A DNA stretch of 64,000 nt from an uncultured Alphaproteobacteria bacterium (GTDB taxonomy: Bacteria; Pseudomonadota; Alphaproteobacteria; Methylaequorales; Methylaequoraceae). Of the stretch, positions 27,433-36,168 are shown one piece after another (position 1 is the stretch's first letter; every line of letters begins with the position of its first letter). A program made the position numbers and the translations under genes. The notes beneath the pieces were generated by a model, which had not been told where the DNA came from, ran no database searches, and worked only from the letters and a program-made list of their open reading frames with translations. The DNA lies in NCBI GenBank assembly GCA_902524895.1, contig CABZFH010000004.1, positions 66,987 to 130,986 on the forward strand, read 5' to 3'.

Positions 27433-28146
27433 TCATCTATTTAATTTTCTCCATTTTTTGGGATGAATGAATTTGCCCTCCCATATACCCAATCTATTTT
27501 CTGAAGCAAACTTCTCATCTAAAATATAATCTGAAGAATAATCTTTATATGCTAAAGCCCAACCATTTCTTACTAATTCTTTATTAATATTAGTATTTCC
27601 AACAAAACATTCAGCTACAACACGCTTATATCTATCTACATCTTTTTGTTCACACCTGACGAATTTGCTACCAATTAGTGAATTTAAAAAATCCCTTGAT
27701 TTGACTCCGCAATTATAATTTTTTTTATTAATCTCACAGATTTGTTTCATCTCAGGAGCATCGATACCATGCAGTCTATATTTTATTTTATCAATATGAA
27801 TAGTATCACCGTCAATAATTCTTATATTATTGATTAATCTAGATGTGTTTAATCTTTTATCTTTCTTACCTATTAAATCTGATTCGTAACATAATGGCTC
27901 ATAACCCCCAGGTTTTGAATAAGCACTCCTTTTACCACATTTCTTTCCATTGGTCATTATTGAATAAGGACAAGGACATTGACCTGGATATTTTGCTATA
28001 GATTCATTAATCAACTGCTCAGATGTTTTGCCCACGCATGCATTACTGGTAAAAAATACAAAAATTAGAAAAAAGTTAAAAAAAAATAAATTTTTTGAAT
28101 AATATTCTCTTTTAATAAAATTTTTTTTAAAATTAAAAAACACCAT
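27433..28146 (-). CDS. Secreted or membrane-anchored thermonuclease (SNase) family protein with a Cys-rich N-terminal module
   Basis: IIDGDTIHIDKIKYRLHGIDAPE and GWALAY SNase motifs. The N-terminus has a TM/signal segment plus CPCPY...CGKRSAYSKPGGYEPLCY. Confidence 0.8.
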   Translation of the reverse strand: MVFFNFKKNFIKREYYSKNLFFFNFFLIFVFFTSNACVGKTSEQLINESIAKYPGQCPCPYSIMTNGKKCGKRSAYSKPGGYEPLCYESDLIGKKDKRLNTSRLINNIRIIDGDTIHIDKIKYRLHGIDAPEMKQICEINKKNYNCGVKSRDFLNSLIGSKFVRCEQKDVDRYKRVVAECFVGNTNINKELVRNGWALAYKDYSSDYILDEKFASENRLGIWEGKFIHPKKWRKLNR

Positions 28147-28464
28147 AAAACTATCTTGTAAATAATAATTAAAATTATTTTAATCTCCTAATCTTTATTT
28201 ATTTTTCAGAAAAGTTTTATTTCATTTAAGCTCTCAATAACAAATTTTTATATGATATAGAATAACTTGTGTTACCCATCCACTTTTTTGACTTTTTATA
28301 AATTTTTGCAAATTCTGAGACTTCCTTAGATGAAGACATGCATTTGTCAAAAAATATTATAAACCATAAAAAGGTTGTTGCTCGACATTTTCATACTAGA
28401 AAATAAAGAGGTGGAGATTGTCTACCCTAAATAAACACAAGTATTAGAATATTCACTATTTTTA

Positions 28465-29445
28465 TTAATTTTGAGTATTAATTACTTTTATAAAAATTTC
28501 AGCATACTTATTTAATTTCTGCAAACCAACACCATTGAGTCTACTAAACTCATCATGAGTTTTTGGCTTATGAAGCACCATCTGATGCAAAGTTGCATCG
28601 GAAAAAATTATATATGCTGGAACTCTAAGTTCTTTGGCTAATTTTAACCGCATTGACTTTAAATCAGTTAACAAATTTCTGTCGCTTTCAATCATTTCAT
28701 TATTTAAAATATCTTTCTTAAACTTTTTTTCTTTGTGAGGTTTTTTTTCATCAGTTCTTTTATAAAAATAATCTTCCTCCCCCTTAAGTATTTTTTCTCC
28801 ACTTGGAGTAATTTCGATTGCACCATATTTTTGTATATTAATTCTTAAATTATCAGAAGAAACTAATTGACGTATAAAGTTAGTCCAAAACTCTTTGCTA
28901 GCTGATCTTCCTACACCAAAAGTTTTTATTCTGTCGTGACCTCTTTGCTTGATTTTAGAATTACCTACACCTCTGAGTATATCAATAATATGATTAGAAC
29001 CAAAGCTTTGTCCTGTTCTATAAATTGCAGACATTGCCATTTGAGCATATTCAGTACCTTCAATCATTCGTGGAGGATTAGTACAATTATCACACCTACC
29101 ACAAGGTTCACATTTTTCTCTAAAATATGAAAGTAATGTCTGTTTTCTGCATGTAGCTGAATCACAATAAGTCATCAACGAATCTAAACGTTTAATTTCT
29201 TTAATTTTAAATGTTTCAGAGGCCTCACTGTCATATATCCATTTTCTTCTTTGAAATAAATCCTGAAGACCGAATATCAGCAAAGTATCAGAATCAATGC
29301 CATCCCTTCCCGCTCTTCCAATTTCTTGATAAAAGTTTTCCATGCTGCCTGGCAAACTAGTATGGGCTACAAATCTTACATTAGATTTATCTATACCCAT
29401 TCCAAAAGCTATTGTGGCACAAATTACAATATTATCCTCACTCAT
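28465..29445 (-). pseudogene. recQ: recQ lacking its 5' half (helicase C-terminal lobe, zinc/RQC and HRDC regions retained)
   Basis: It starts inside helicase motif V-VI: ICATIAFGMGIDKSNVRFVAHTSLPGSMENFYQEIGRAGRDG. Next come the Cys cluster CRKQ...CEPCGRCDNC and the HRDC-like end FSDATLHQMV. Motifs I-IV (about 290 aa) are absent. Confidence 0.85.
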
Positions 29446-29640
29446 AAATTTCTTGAACTAGCCAGGAAAGAAAGAAAAGCAGGTAATAGAACTTTGCTTG
29501 ATGTCTTAGGTGGAGAGACATCATTAATAAATGCTCAAGCTGATGCAATTGGTGCTACAATTGAAGTTCAGATAAATAGTTTCACTTTACTTAGTTTGAT
29601 GGGTAAACTTACAACAGACAGAATTATATTAATTAAATAA
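29446..29640 (+). pseudogene. 3'-terminal remnant (about 64 codons) of a TolC-family gene
   Basis: LELARKERKAGNRTLLDVLGGETSLINAQADAIGATIEVQINSFTLLSLMGKL aligns without gaps to the C-terminus of the intact TolC at 45831..47162 (FEGVEQEAGVGTRTTFDILSAQQALTDAESNLVNAKFQLINSSFDLLQACGLL). It begins exactly where the recQ fragment ends. Confidence 0.65.
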
Positions 29641-29747
29641 TAAAATTTTTTTGTCGAAATAAGATATAATGAAATAGAAAAATTTAAAACATGTAAAACT
29701 ACAAAAAAATAATAATTTCAATGGCATGTTGATTACTTTTAAACAAA

Positions 29748-32681
29748 GTGTACACAGAAAAAAAAAATATAGATGACCTTTTAAAAAAAGTTATAGACAA
29801 AAACAGTCAAAATAATTCTGTTGAAAATTTAAATGAGTCTAAACAAGTAAATTTAGTCTCTGAAAATGAACGTAACAATAGCATGGGTGATTCAATTGAT
29901 AAGATTTTGCACGACGCTATGCTTGAGAGTGCTAATACAAGCATAGAAAAAATAAGGAATAAATTATCAAATTTTTCAGAAAGTTTTGAAAACAAATCTT
30001 ATCATTCCACTATTTCTCAACATGATTTTTTTGATAAAATAAACGATAAATTTAATTTTGATCAGGAAAATGAGAGATTAGAAACAAGCTCTTTTTTTGA
30101 CGAGTTTGAATATAAAAATATACCAGATTGGATAATTACCGCCGATTTTAACAGAACTGAAACTGATTTGATCGCTACAGGAAAAAATTATGAAGAAATT
30201 ATTTTTTCTGATTATTTTACTTATCACGACTTACCATCAATAGTTACTCAAAATGGATTATTACTTAAAGGGTCGACACTTAAAACACTTGCAGGATCTT
30301 TGGCACCAAATCAATTTGCTCAAGTCTCTGGAAATGAAGTATTATCAATAGGTGAGGTATCTAATACAAAAGGAATTGTCAAAGCATCGAGACTTGATGG
30401 CAATGTTTACACGCTTTCAAAGGGAGATCCAATTTTCAAAGGAGATGTAATTGAAACAGGCCCAAATAGTTCTGTTGGTCTTACTTTTTTAGATAAAACA
30501 ACACTTTCATTATCGGAGGGTGGAAAAATGGTTCTTGACGAGCTCGTTTATGATCCAGCAACAGGGGCAGGAGATTTTGCCGTTGACATGTTAGAGGGTG
30601 CTTTTAGTTTTGTTAGCGGTGAAATTGCAAAAACTGGTGAAGATTCAATGACAGTAACTACCCCAGTTGCTACAATTGGTATCAGAGGAACTACAGTAGC
30701 AGGAAAAGCTGCAGTTGAAGGAAATGAAAATTCCTTTACTTTACTTCAGGATGCAGGTGGTGAAGTTGGTGAAATTTCTATTAGTAATTCCGCTGGAAGT
30801 CAAACATTATCTCAGGTTGGTGCAACCACAAGTGTCTCAAGTTTTAATGCACTACCTCCACCACCAATTATCTTGTCTGCTGCTGAAATTCAAGCTAATT
30901 ACGGAACTGCATTAGATGTACTTCCTCCAACCCCAGCGATTGCACCCCAACCTCAACCATCACCGCCACCTCAAGAAGAATCTCAAACTCTAGAAGAAGA
31001 ATCTGAAACAGACGGGGAAAATGAAAATTCTGAGGAAAGTTCCGAAGAAGATGAAATAACAGAAGAAAATGAAACCGACGAAGAAAACGAAGAAATTGTG
31101 GAGGAAGAAAATAACGAAGAAGATATTCTTGAAGGAGATGAAGAATTGATTGCAGAAAGTGAGGAAACTCCTGAATCTCAGGATGAAAGTATTGATGCTG
31201 CTGAAGAAAATTCATCACTTGAATCTGATTCAGTCAATAATGACGAACTAGAGGATACAAATAATTTAATTCAAGAAGAGGGTCTTGATGAGTTAATCGA
31301 AAGCGCGGCTGAGGAAGAACTATTATCTGAACAAGCCCTGGCAGATATCAATGATTCTGAACTATTATCTGATTTTGAAGATTCAGGTGGGCCGGGAGAG
31401 TTTGGAGCTAACTTAGGTCCTGAAAATATTGATAATGAGGTTCTTGGTGGAGGTATTTTGACTGAATTAGGAGATAACGATTTTGGAGGTGCTGAAAATC
31501 AGGGATTCGGTGGAATTGAACCTTTTGACAGTTTTGGAGCTTCAGGAGCATTTGGTACAGGTATTTTTATGAGTGGAGATAGTTTTGGAATTGAATTATC
31601 ATCAGAATCATCTTTCTTTAGTCCATTTGGTGAAGAAGAGATGTTTATGAATTCTATGATCATGCCTGGAGCTGAGGATAATCTGTATGGTACGGGTTTT
31701 GGAGATATTGGGTTTATGGACGGTTTTATCGAATCTTATGATTCGTATGATGAAGAAGTAACTGATGAATATTTCGAAGATCCATCTTTATATGAAGATT
31801 ATGAGACAATTAATAGTTCTGATGAAGAGGAAACGGAAACTTCTTCCAATTCTTCATCATCCACAACAGGTACAACAGCAAATGACAATTTAACAGGAAC
31901 CAATGCAAATGATACAATTTCAGGTTTAGCTGGGAATGATAACATAAACGGAAACGAGGGCGATGATATATTAGACGGAAATGACGGACTTGATACAATA
32001 AGAGGTGGCGAGGGCAATGACACAATAAGAGGAGGTGACGCAAATGATACACTTTATGGTGGTCTTGGAAATGATATAATTTATGGAGGACTAGGCGCAG
32101 ATACAATAAACGGAGGTAATGGTATTGATACAATTTATGGTGGTACTGGCTCAGATACAATTAAAGGAGGTTTAGGGTATGATAACTTTGTCATGACCGA
32201 TATATCTGATGCGGTTGATACAATAACAGATTTTGAACAAGGGGATAGAATTGTTGCGCTATACGAGCCTTCTCATCCAACCTTTACCAGAAGTGGAGTA
32301 GAGCACGTCCATAATACTAATTTTACATACGACATTGATGCGAACGGAAATAATTTACCCAATTTTTTAAACTTTATGTATAATTTTGATAACATTCCCA
32401 GCGGAGATTACAGTGATCCAACAGAAGTTTCAAAAGGTTTTGAATTTAGATTCTATGATTCAAATGATTATTACGATGCAAGCAGTACAATAAAAACAGA
32501 TTTTATGATAATAACTGGTGATGGAACAAATTCTGCTATGTTTCATTGGGATGATCAAGATTATGATGGAAGTTTTCATCTAGACGATTCTGAATTAACT
32601 TTATTGGGCACACTAGAAAATTTTGAAAATGATTTATTAACTTCAAATGAGTTAACAGTAACTCTTCCATATGGTGCATAA
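29748..32681 (+). CDS. Large secreted RTX-type protein (FecR-like domain, long acidic low-complexity linker, Ca-binding nonapeptide repeats); probable T1SS substrate
   Basis: FecR-like segment GIVKASRLDGNVYTLSKGDPIFKGDVIETGPNSSVGLTFLDKTTLSL, an E/D/S-rich region, and eleven GGxGxDxUx repeats. The GTG start is uncertain. Confidence 0.8.
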   Translation: MYTEKKNIDDLLKKVIDKNSQNNSVENLNESKQVNLVSENERNNSMGDSIDKILHDAMLESANTSIEKIRNKLSNFSESFENKSYHSTISQHDFFDKINDKFNFDQENERLETSSFFDEFEYKNIPDWIITADFNRTETDLIATGKNYEEIIFSDYFTYHDLPSIVTQNGLLLKGSTLKTLAGSLAPNQFAQVSGNEVLSIGEVSNTKGIVKASRLDGNVYTLSKGDPIFKGDVIETGPNSSVGLTFLDKTTLSLSEGGKMVLDELVYDPATGAGDFAVDMLEGAFSFVSGEIAKTGEDSMTVTTPVATIGIRGTTVAGKAAVEGNENSFTLLQDAGGEVGEISISNSAGSQTLSQVGATTSVSSFNALPPPPIILSAAEIQANYGTALDVLPPTPAIAPQPQPSPPPQEESQTLEEESETDGENENSEESSEEDEITEENETDEENEEIVEEENNEEDILEGDEELIAESEETPESQDESIDAAEENSSLESDSVNNDELEDTNNLIQEEGLDELIESAAEEELLSEQALADINDSELLSDFEDSGGPGEFGANLGPENIDNEVLGGGILTELGDNDFGGAENQGFGGIEPFDSFGASGAFGTGIFMSGDSFGIELSSESSFFSPFGEEEMFMNSMIMPGAEDNLYGTGFGDIGFMDGFIESYDSYDEEVTDEYFEDPSLYEDYETINSSDEEETETSSNSSSSTTGTTANDNLTGTNANDTISGLAGNDNINGNEGDDILDGNDGLDTIRGGEGNDTIRGGDANDTLYGGLGNDIIYGGLGADTINGGNGIDTIYGGTGSDTIKGGLGYDNFVMTDISDAVDTITDFEQGDRIVALYEPSHPTFTRSGVEHVHNTNFTYDIDANGNNLPNFLNFMYNFDNIPSGDYSDPTEVSKGFEFRFYDSNDYYDASSTIKTDFMIITGDGTNSAMFHWDDQDYDGSFHLDDSELTLLGTLENFENDLLTSNELTVTLPYGA
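31896..32192 (+). repeat. Eleven consecutive 27-bp (9-aa) RTX calcium-binding repeats
   Basis: GTNANDTIS GLAGNDNIN GNEGDDILD GNDGLDTIR GGEGNDTIR GGDANDTLY GGLGNDIIY GGLGADTIN GGNGIDTIY GGTGSDTIK GGLGYDNFV. Confidence 0.85.
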
Positions 32682-32695
32682 AATAGTATTTAGAT

Positions 32696-34282
32696 ATGAA
32701 ATTTTGGTTTAAAATAATTAAAGATGCTGATGGGATACTAACTCTTTTAGGTTTATCTTTTGTAATAATAACTATGGGTCTGTTAAGTCCATTATTTATA
32801 ATTCAAATTTTTAATAGATACATTACATTTGGCTTAGAAGGTACGTTATTTTTTCTCATAACAGGAGCTTTGATTGTTGCAATTATAGAGTATATATTTA
32901 GAAATTTAAGGCATTCCTTTTGTGCTCGTATCATAGTGCATCCTATAAAACAATTAAAACTTACAATATCTAATTTTTACTTTTATAATTCAAATAATAA
33001 TAATAAAAACAATAATATAATTGATTTAATTGATCTAAAAAATAATGTTTTTCAAACTTTAAATCCTATCAATCAATCAAACGTTTTGGACTTTCTTTTT
33101 GCTGTAATGATTTTAATTATTCTTTTTGTATTAAATGTAAAATTGGCGTTTATTTTTTTAATTTTTTTTATGTTAATTTTTTTAATCCAGGTTTTAATTT
33201 TAAGGTTTAAACTGCAACGTAGTTTAAATAGAAAAGATGATTTAATTTTTTTTTCTGATTTAACGTTTAAATCTGAATATTTAAAGATATTAAATAACTT
33301 CAAATTTATCGGTGGAAATTTATCATTAATTGTGAAAAATCAACTGGATAGCTTAAAACAAATAGCTATTACATCAAGTAATCATATTAATTTTAATCAT
33401 TTTATAATCATACTTAATTCTGTGTTGATTATAGGTGCGGGAAGTTATTTTGTAGTTCAAGGAGATTTAGATATAGGAACTTTAATTGGTTTCAATATTT
33501 TTTCTTCACGCGCGTTACAAATAAGTATTAATGCTCAAAATTCATATTATAACTTTGAAAAAATTAGTAAATATTTTGATTTTACTTCAAATTTCTTGAA
33601 ATCTTACGACAAAAAAAAGAATTTTATTAAATTAAACAATGACAGATTCATAATAAATTTAGATAATTTAAAGCCAAGAGATGCTTCAGAGTCTCCAAAT
33701 CTGATCAAAAATTTTTCCATGGTTGCTAATCCTGGAGAGATAACAAACATTTCTGGTCCAAATAGTTCTGGAAAAACCCTTTTATGCAAATTAATTTTAG
33801 GTTTGGAGAGCTCATATGGTGGAGAGATAAAAATCAATAATTTTGATCTAGAAAAATTGTCATTGACTTGGTGGAGAAGCATAATTGGTTATGTGCCTCA
33901 AAATCAGTTATGTCTCAACACATCTATTATTGACAATATAGTCATTAATAATGAAAAAATTTCAGAAGAAAAAATTTTGAATAATTTGAAGGTTTATGGT
34001 TTTACTAAAATGCTTAGAAATGCAAATCTATCAATAAATTCTAAACTTTCGAGTAATATTTCTCCTGGAATTCACAAAAGAATTCATTATGCAAGAGTTT
34101 TAATGGCAGACAAAAAAATCATACTTATTGATGACCCTTTTGAAAACTTAGATTCAGAGGGAAAAAGTCATGTTATGAAGTATTTAAATTTATTTAAAAA
34201 TCAAAAAAAAACAGTTATTTGTTTTAGTAATGAAGAAGAAATTATAAAATTTTCAGATCAAAGGTATGAGGTATATGAATAA
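32696..34282 (+). CDS. T1SS-type ABC transporter (TMD plus NBD, no N-terminal C39 domain) with non-canonical catalytic motifs
   Basis: Walker A GPNSSGKT, Q-loop YVPQNQ, signature ISPGI instead of LSGGQ, Walker B ILIDDP (Asp where the catalytic Glu is expected), and H-loop position CFSNE (Asn for His). Confidence 0.75.
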   Translation: MKFWFKIIKDADGILTLLGLSFVIITMGLLSPLFIIQIFNRYITFGLEGTLFFLITGALIVAIIEYIFRNLRHSFCARIIVHPIKQLKLTISNFYFYNSNNNNKNNNIIDLIDLKNNVFQTLNPINQSNVLDFLFAVMILIILFVLNVKLAFIFLIFFMLIFLIQVLILRFKLQRSLNRKDDLIFFSDLTFKSEYLKILNNFKFIGGNLSLIVKNQLDSLKQIAITSSNHINFNHFIIILNSVLIIGAGSYFVVQGDLDIGTLIGFNIFSSRALQISINAQNSYYNFEKISKYFDFTSNFLKSYDKKKNFIKLNNDRFIINLDNLKPRDASESPNLIKNFSMVANPGEITNISGPNSSGKTLLCKLILGLESSYGGEIKINNFDLEKLSLTWWRSIIGYVPQNQLCLNTSIIDNIVINNEKISEEKILNNLKVYGFTKMLRNANLSINSKLSSNISPGIHKRIHYARVLMADKKIILIDDPFENLDSEGKSHVMKYLNLFKNQKKTVICFSNEEEIIKFSDQRYEVYE

Positions 34283-35513
34283 GGATTGGAAGAAATGGGA
34301 TTATAAGAATGAAATGAGTTTTTCATCTTCTAAAAAGAAAATAAAAGTTTTCAGTACAAAATTAAAGATTTCTATATTGATTTTTATAATTTTATTTTTT
34401 AGCTTAATTAATATAAAGATATTAGAAGTTTTAAGTTTGGCAGACGGAAAAGTAATTCCACAAGGAAGAATAAAATTTGTTCAACATTTAGAAGGTGGAA
34501 TTGTTGAGAAAATTTTAATTTCTGAAGGAGATAAAGTAAAAATGAATCAACCATTAATTACATTATCTAAGGCAAAGGCCTCCTCAGAATATGAAGAAAT
34601 AAATACAAGATTAAAATCTGTTGAGCTATCAATTTTAAGAATAAATGCTGAAAAAAAATATTTAAATGAAATTCCAAATGATAAAATTCAAAAATTTGAT
34701 TTAAACCGAGTTAAGTCTGAAAATCAATTTTTAATGAGTAGAAGAAAAAAAATCGAATCTGAAAAAGATACCATGAAAAAGAATATTTTAAATATTCAAA
34801 AGAGATATGATTTGACAAAAGAACAGACACAGATTAGCGAAGAATTATTAAAAGTAAAAGCCACTAATAGATTTAAGCATCTTGAATTATTACGAGAATT
34901 ATCTAATTTAGAGGGTCAACTTGATGAACAAAAAAACAAGTTACAGACTTTAAGTCTTAACTTTGTAGAACAACTAGAAAGTGAGATGAATGAACTTAAG
35001 AAAGAAAAGTCAGAACTCTTAAAAAGAATAACAAAATATACGGACAGTCTTGATAGAACTACATTAAAAAGTCCTGTCAACGGTGTTGTTAAGTTGATTT
35101 CTGTTAACTCTAAAGGTGCCATTGTAGCTCCGGGTGTCACTGTTGTAGAAATTGTACCTGAAAATGAAAAACTTATTATTGAGGCCCAACTACCATTGTC
35201 AGAAATTGGATTCATAAAAAATGGTTTGGATTGTATTATTAGGCTCAAATCTAGTGATGGTTCAAGATTTAAACCAATAAACGGAAAGGTTGTTTTTGTT
35301 GGTGCTGACAGAATCTCTAATCAAAACAATGATGGTTTTTACTTAGTAAAAATCGAAACCAAAGAAAATTCATTTTTAAAAGGAAATCAATCTTTTAACC
35401 TTTATTCTGGTGTGCCTGTGACAGCAGGAATAATTACTGGGAAAAGAAGTTTTGTTGATTATTTTTTTTCACCATTTAGAAAAAATATTAATTTTGCTCT
35501 TTCCGAAAGATAA
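34266..35513 (+). CDS. HlyD-family membrane fusion protein (T1SS)
   Basis: One N-terminal TM, a long coiled coil and a C-terminal barrel with SGVPVTAGIITGKRS. It overlaps the ABC gene by 17 nt. Confidence 0.8.
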   Translation: MRYMNKDWKKWDYKNEMSFSSSKKKIKVFSTKLKISILIFIILFFSLINIKILEVLSLADGKVIPQGRIKFVQHLEGGIVEKILISEGDKVKMNQPLITLSKAKASSEYEEINTRLKSVELSILRINAEKKYLNEIPNDKIQKFDLNRVKSENQFLMSRRKKIESEKDTMKKNILNIQKRYDLTKEQTQISEELLKVKATNRFKHLELLRELSNLEGQLDEQKNKLQTLSLNFVEQLESEMNELKKEKSELLKRITKYTDSLDRTTLKSPVNGVVKLISVNSKGAIVAPGVTVVEIVPENEKLIIEAQLPLSEIGFIKNGLDCIIRLKSSDGSRFKPINGKVVFVGADRISNQNNDGFYLVKIETKENSFLKGNQSFNLYSGVPVTAGIITGKRSFVDYFFSPFRKNINFALSER

Positions 35514-35816
35514 TTAAAATGTACTTTTAGTAATAATCTCTGATTTATAAATAATACCTTGGTTTTTTTTATGCAATTCAAGAAAAAAAAATAACTCATT
35601 AAAAATTTTTTCACTTTCTTCTTCAGAAACAATTAACGTCAATATTTCTGATTCTCCTGCATCACCAAATTGCTTTCTACTGAAAAGATCATTTGTTCTT
35701 CCGTTAGCAAATCCGACAGTTTTGACTGATTTCTTTTTGGAGAATTTCTCTATAACATTATGACCAAGTCCTTTCCTGATTAATCCACCAATTTCAATAA
35801 AATTATTTTTTTTCAT
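35514..35816 (-). CDS. PII-like small regulatory protein (second of a pair)
   Basis: About 100 aa with a beta-alpha-beta pattern. Its position downstream of a DUF1538 gene fits the remembered gene context. Motif evidence is weak. Confidence 0.4.
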   Translation of the reverse strand: MKKNNFIEIGGLIRKGLGHNVIEKFSKKKSVKTVGFANGRTNDLFSRKQFGDAGESEILTLIVSEEESEKIFNELFFFLELHKKNQGIIYKSEIITKSTF

Positions 35817-36168
35817 TTTCTACTCTTTTTAAAACATCTTGTGGTATATAAGTAGCTACTCTGTCTAACTTACTCATCCACATGATTCCTTTTCCAGGTG
35901 TGTCTAAATCTCCTGAGAGATACATTGATTCGAAAACTCTATTAGATTGTTCTTTTGAGACAATTATTCTAATCACCTCTTTTTGTTCATCAATTGTGAC
36001 TCCTATAAGTCCCAGCCTATCTCTAATTCCAGTACCTTTTGCATAGTTAATTGTCGCACCTTGAGCCCCAACCGCACTCGCTGCTTTTACGATTTTATCT
36101 GCATTTCCACTTTCGACTACACATGTAATTAAATAAACATCAGATAAATATGTAATTTGTCTAGCCAT
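35803..36168 (-). CDS. PII-family (GlnB-like fold) regulatory protein
   Basis: LITCVVESGNADKIVKAASAVGAQGATINYAKGTGIRDRLG...KEVIRIIV is PII-like. It overlaps both neighbours. Confidence 0.55.
   Translation of the reverse strand: MARQITYLSDVYLITCVVESGNADKIVKAASAVGAQGATINYAKGTGIRDRLGLIGVTIDEQKEVIRIIVSKEQSNRVFESMYLSGDLDTPGKGIMWMSKLDRVATYIPQDVLKRVENEKK

Noticed and set aside
29326-29640. Track ORF of 104 aa taken as a single gene.
   Set aside because: Its first ~40 codons are merely antisense to the recQ fragment. Only the part from about 29446 onward shows protein-family similarity (TolC C-terminus), so I annotated that part as a gene remnant instead.
30715-32160. Antisense or alternative-frame ORFs inside the RTX gene (30715..30915 +, 30895..31218 -, 31799..32023 -, 31810..32160 -).
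   Set aside because: They coincide with the acidic low-complexity and nonapeptide-repeat segments. The periodic composition suppresses stops in several frames, and there is no independent coding signal.
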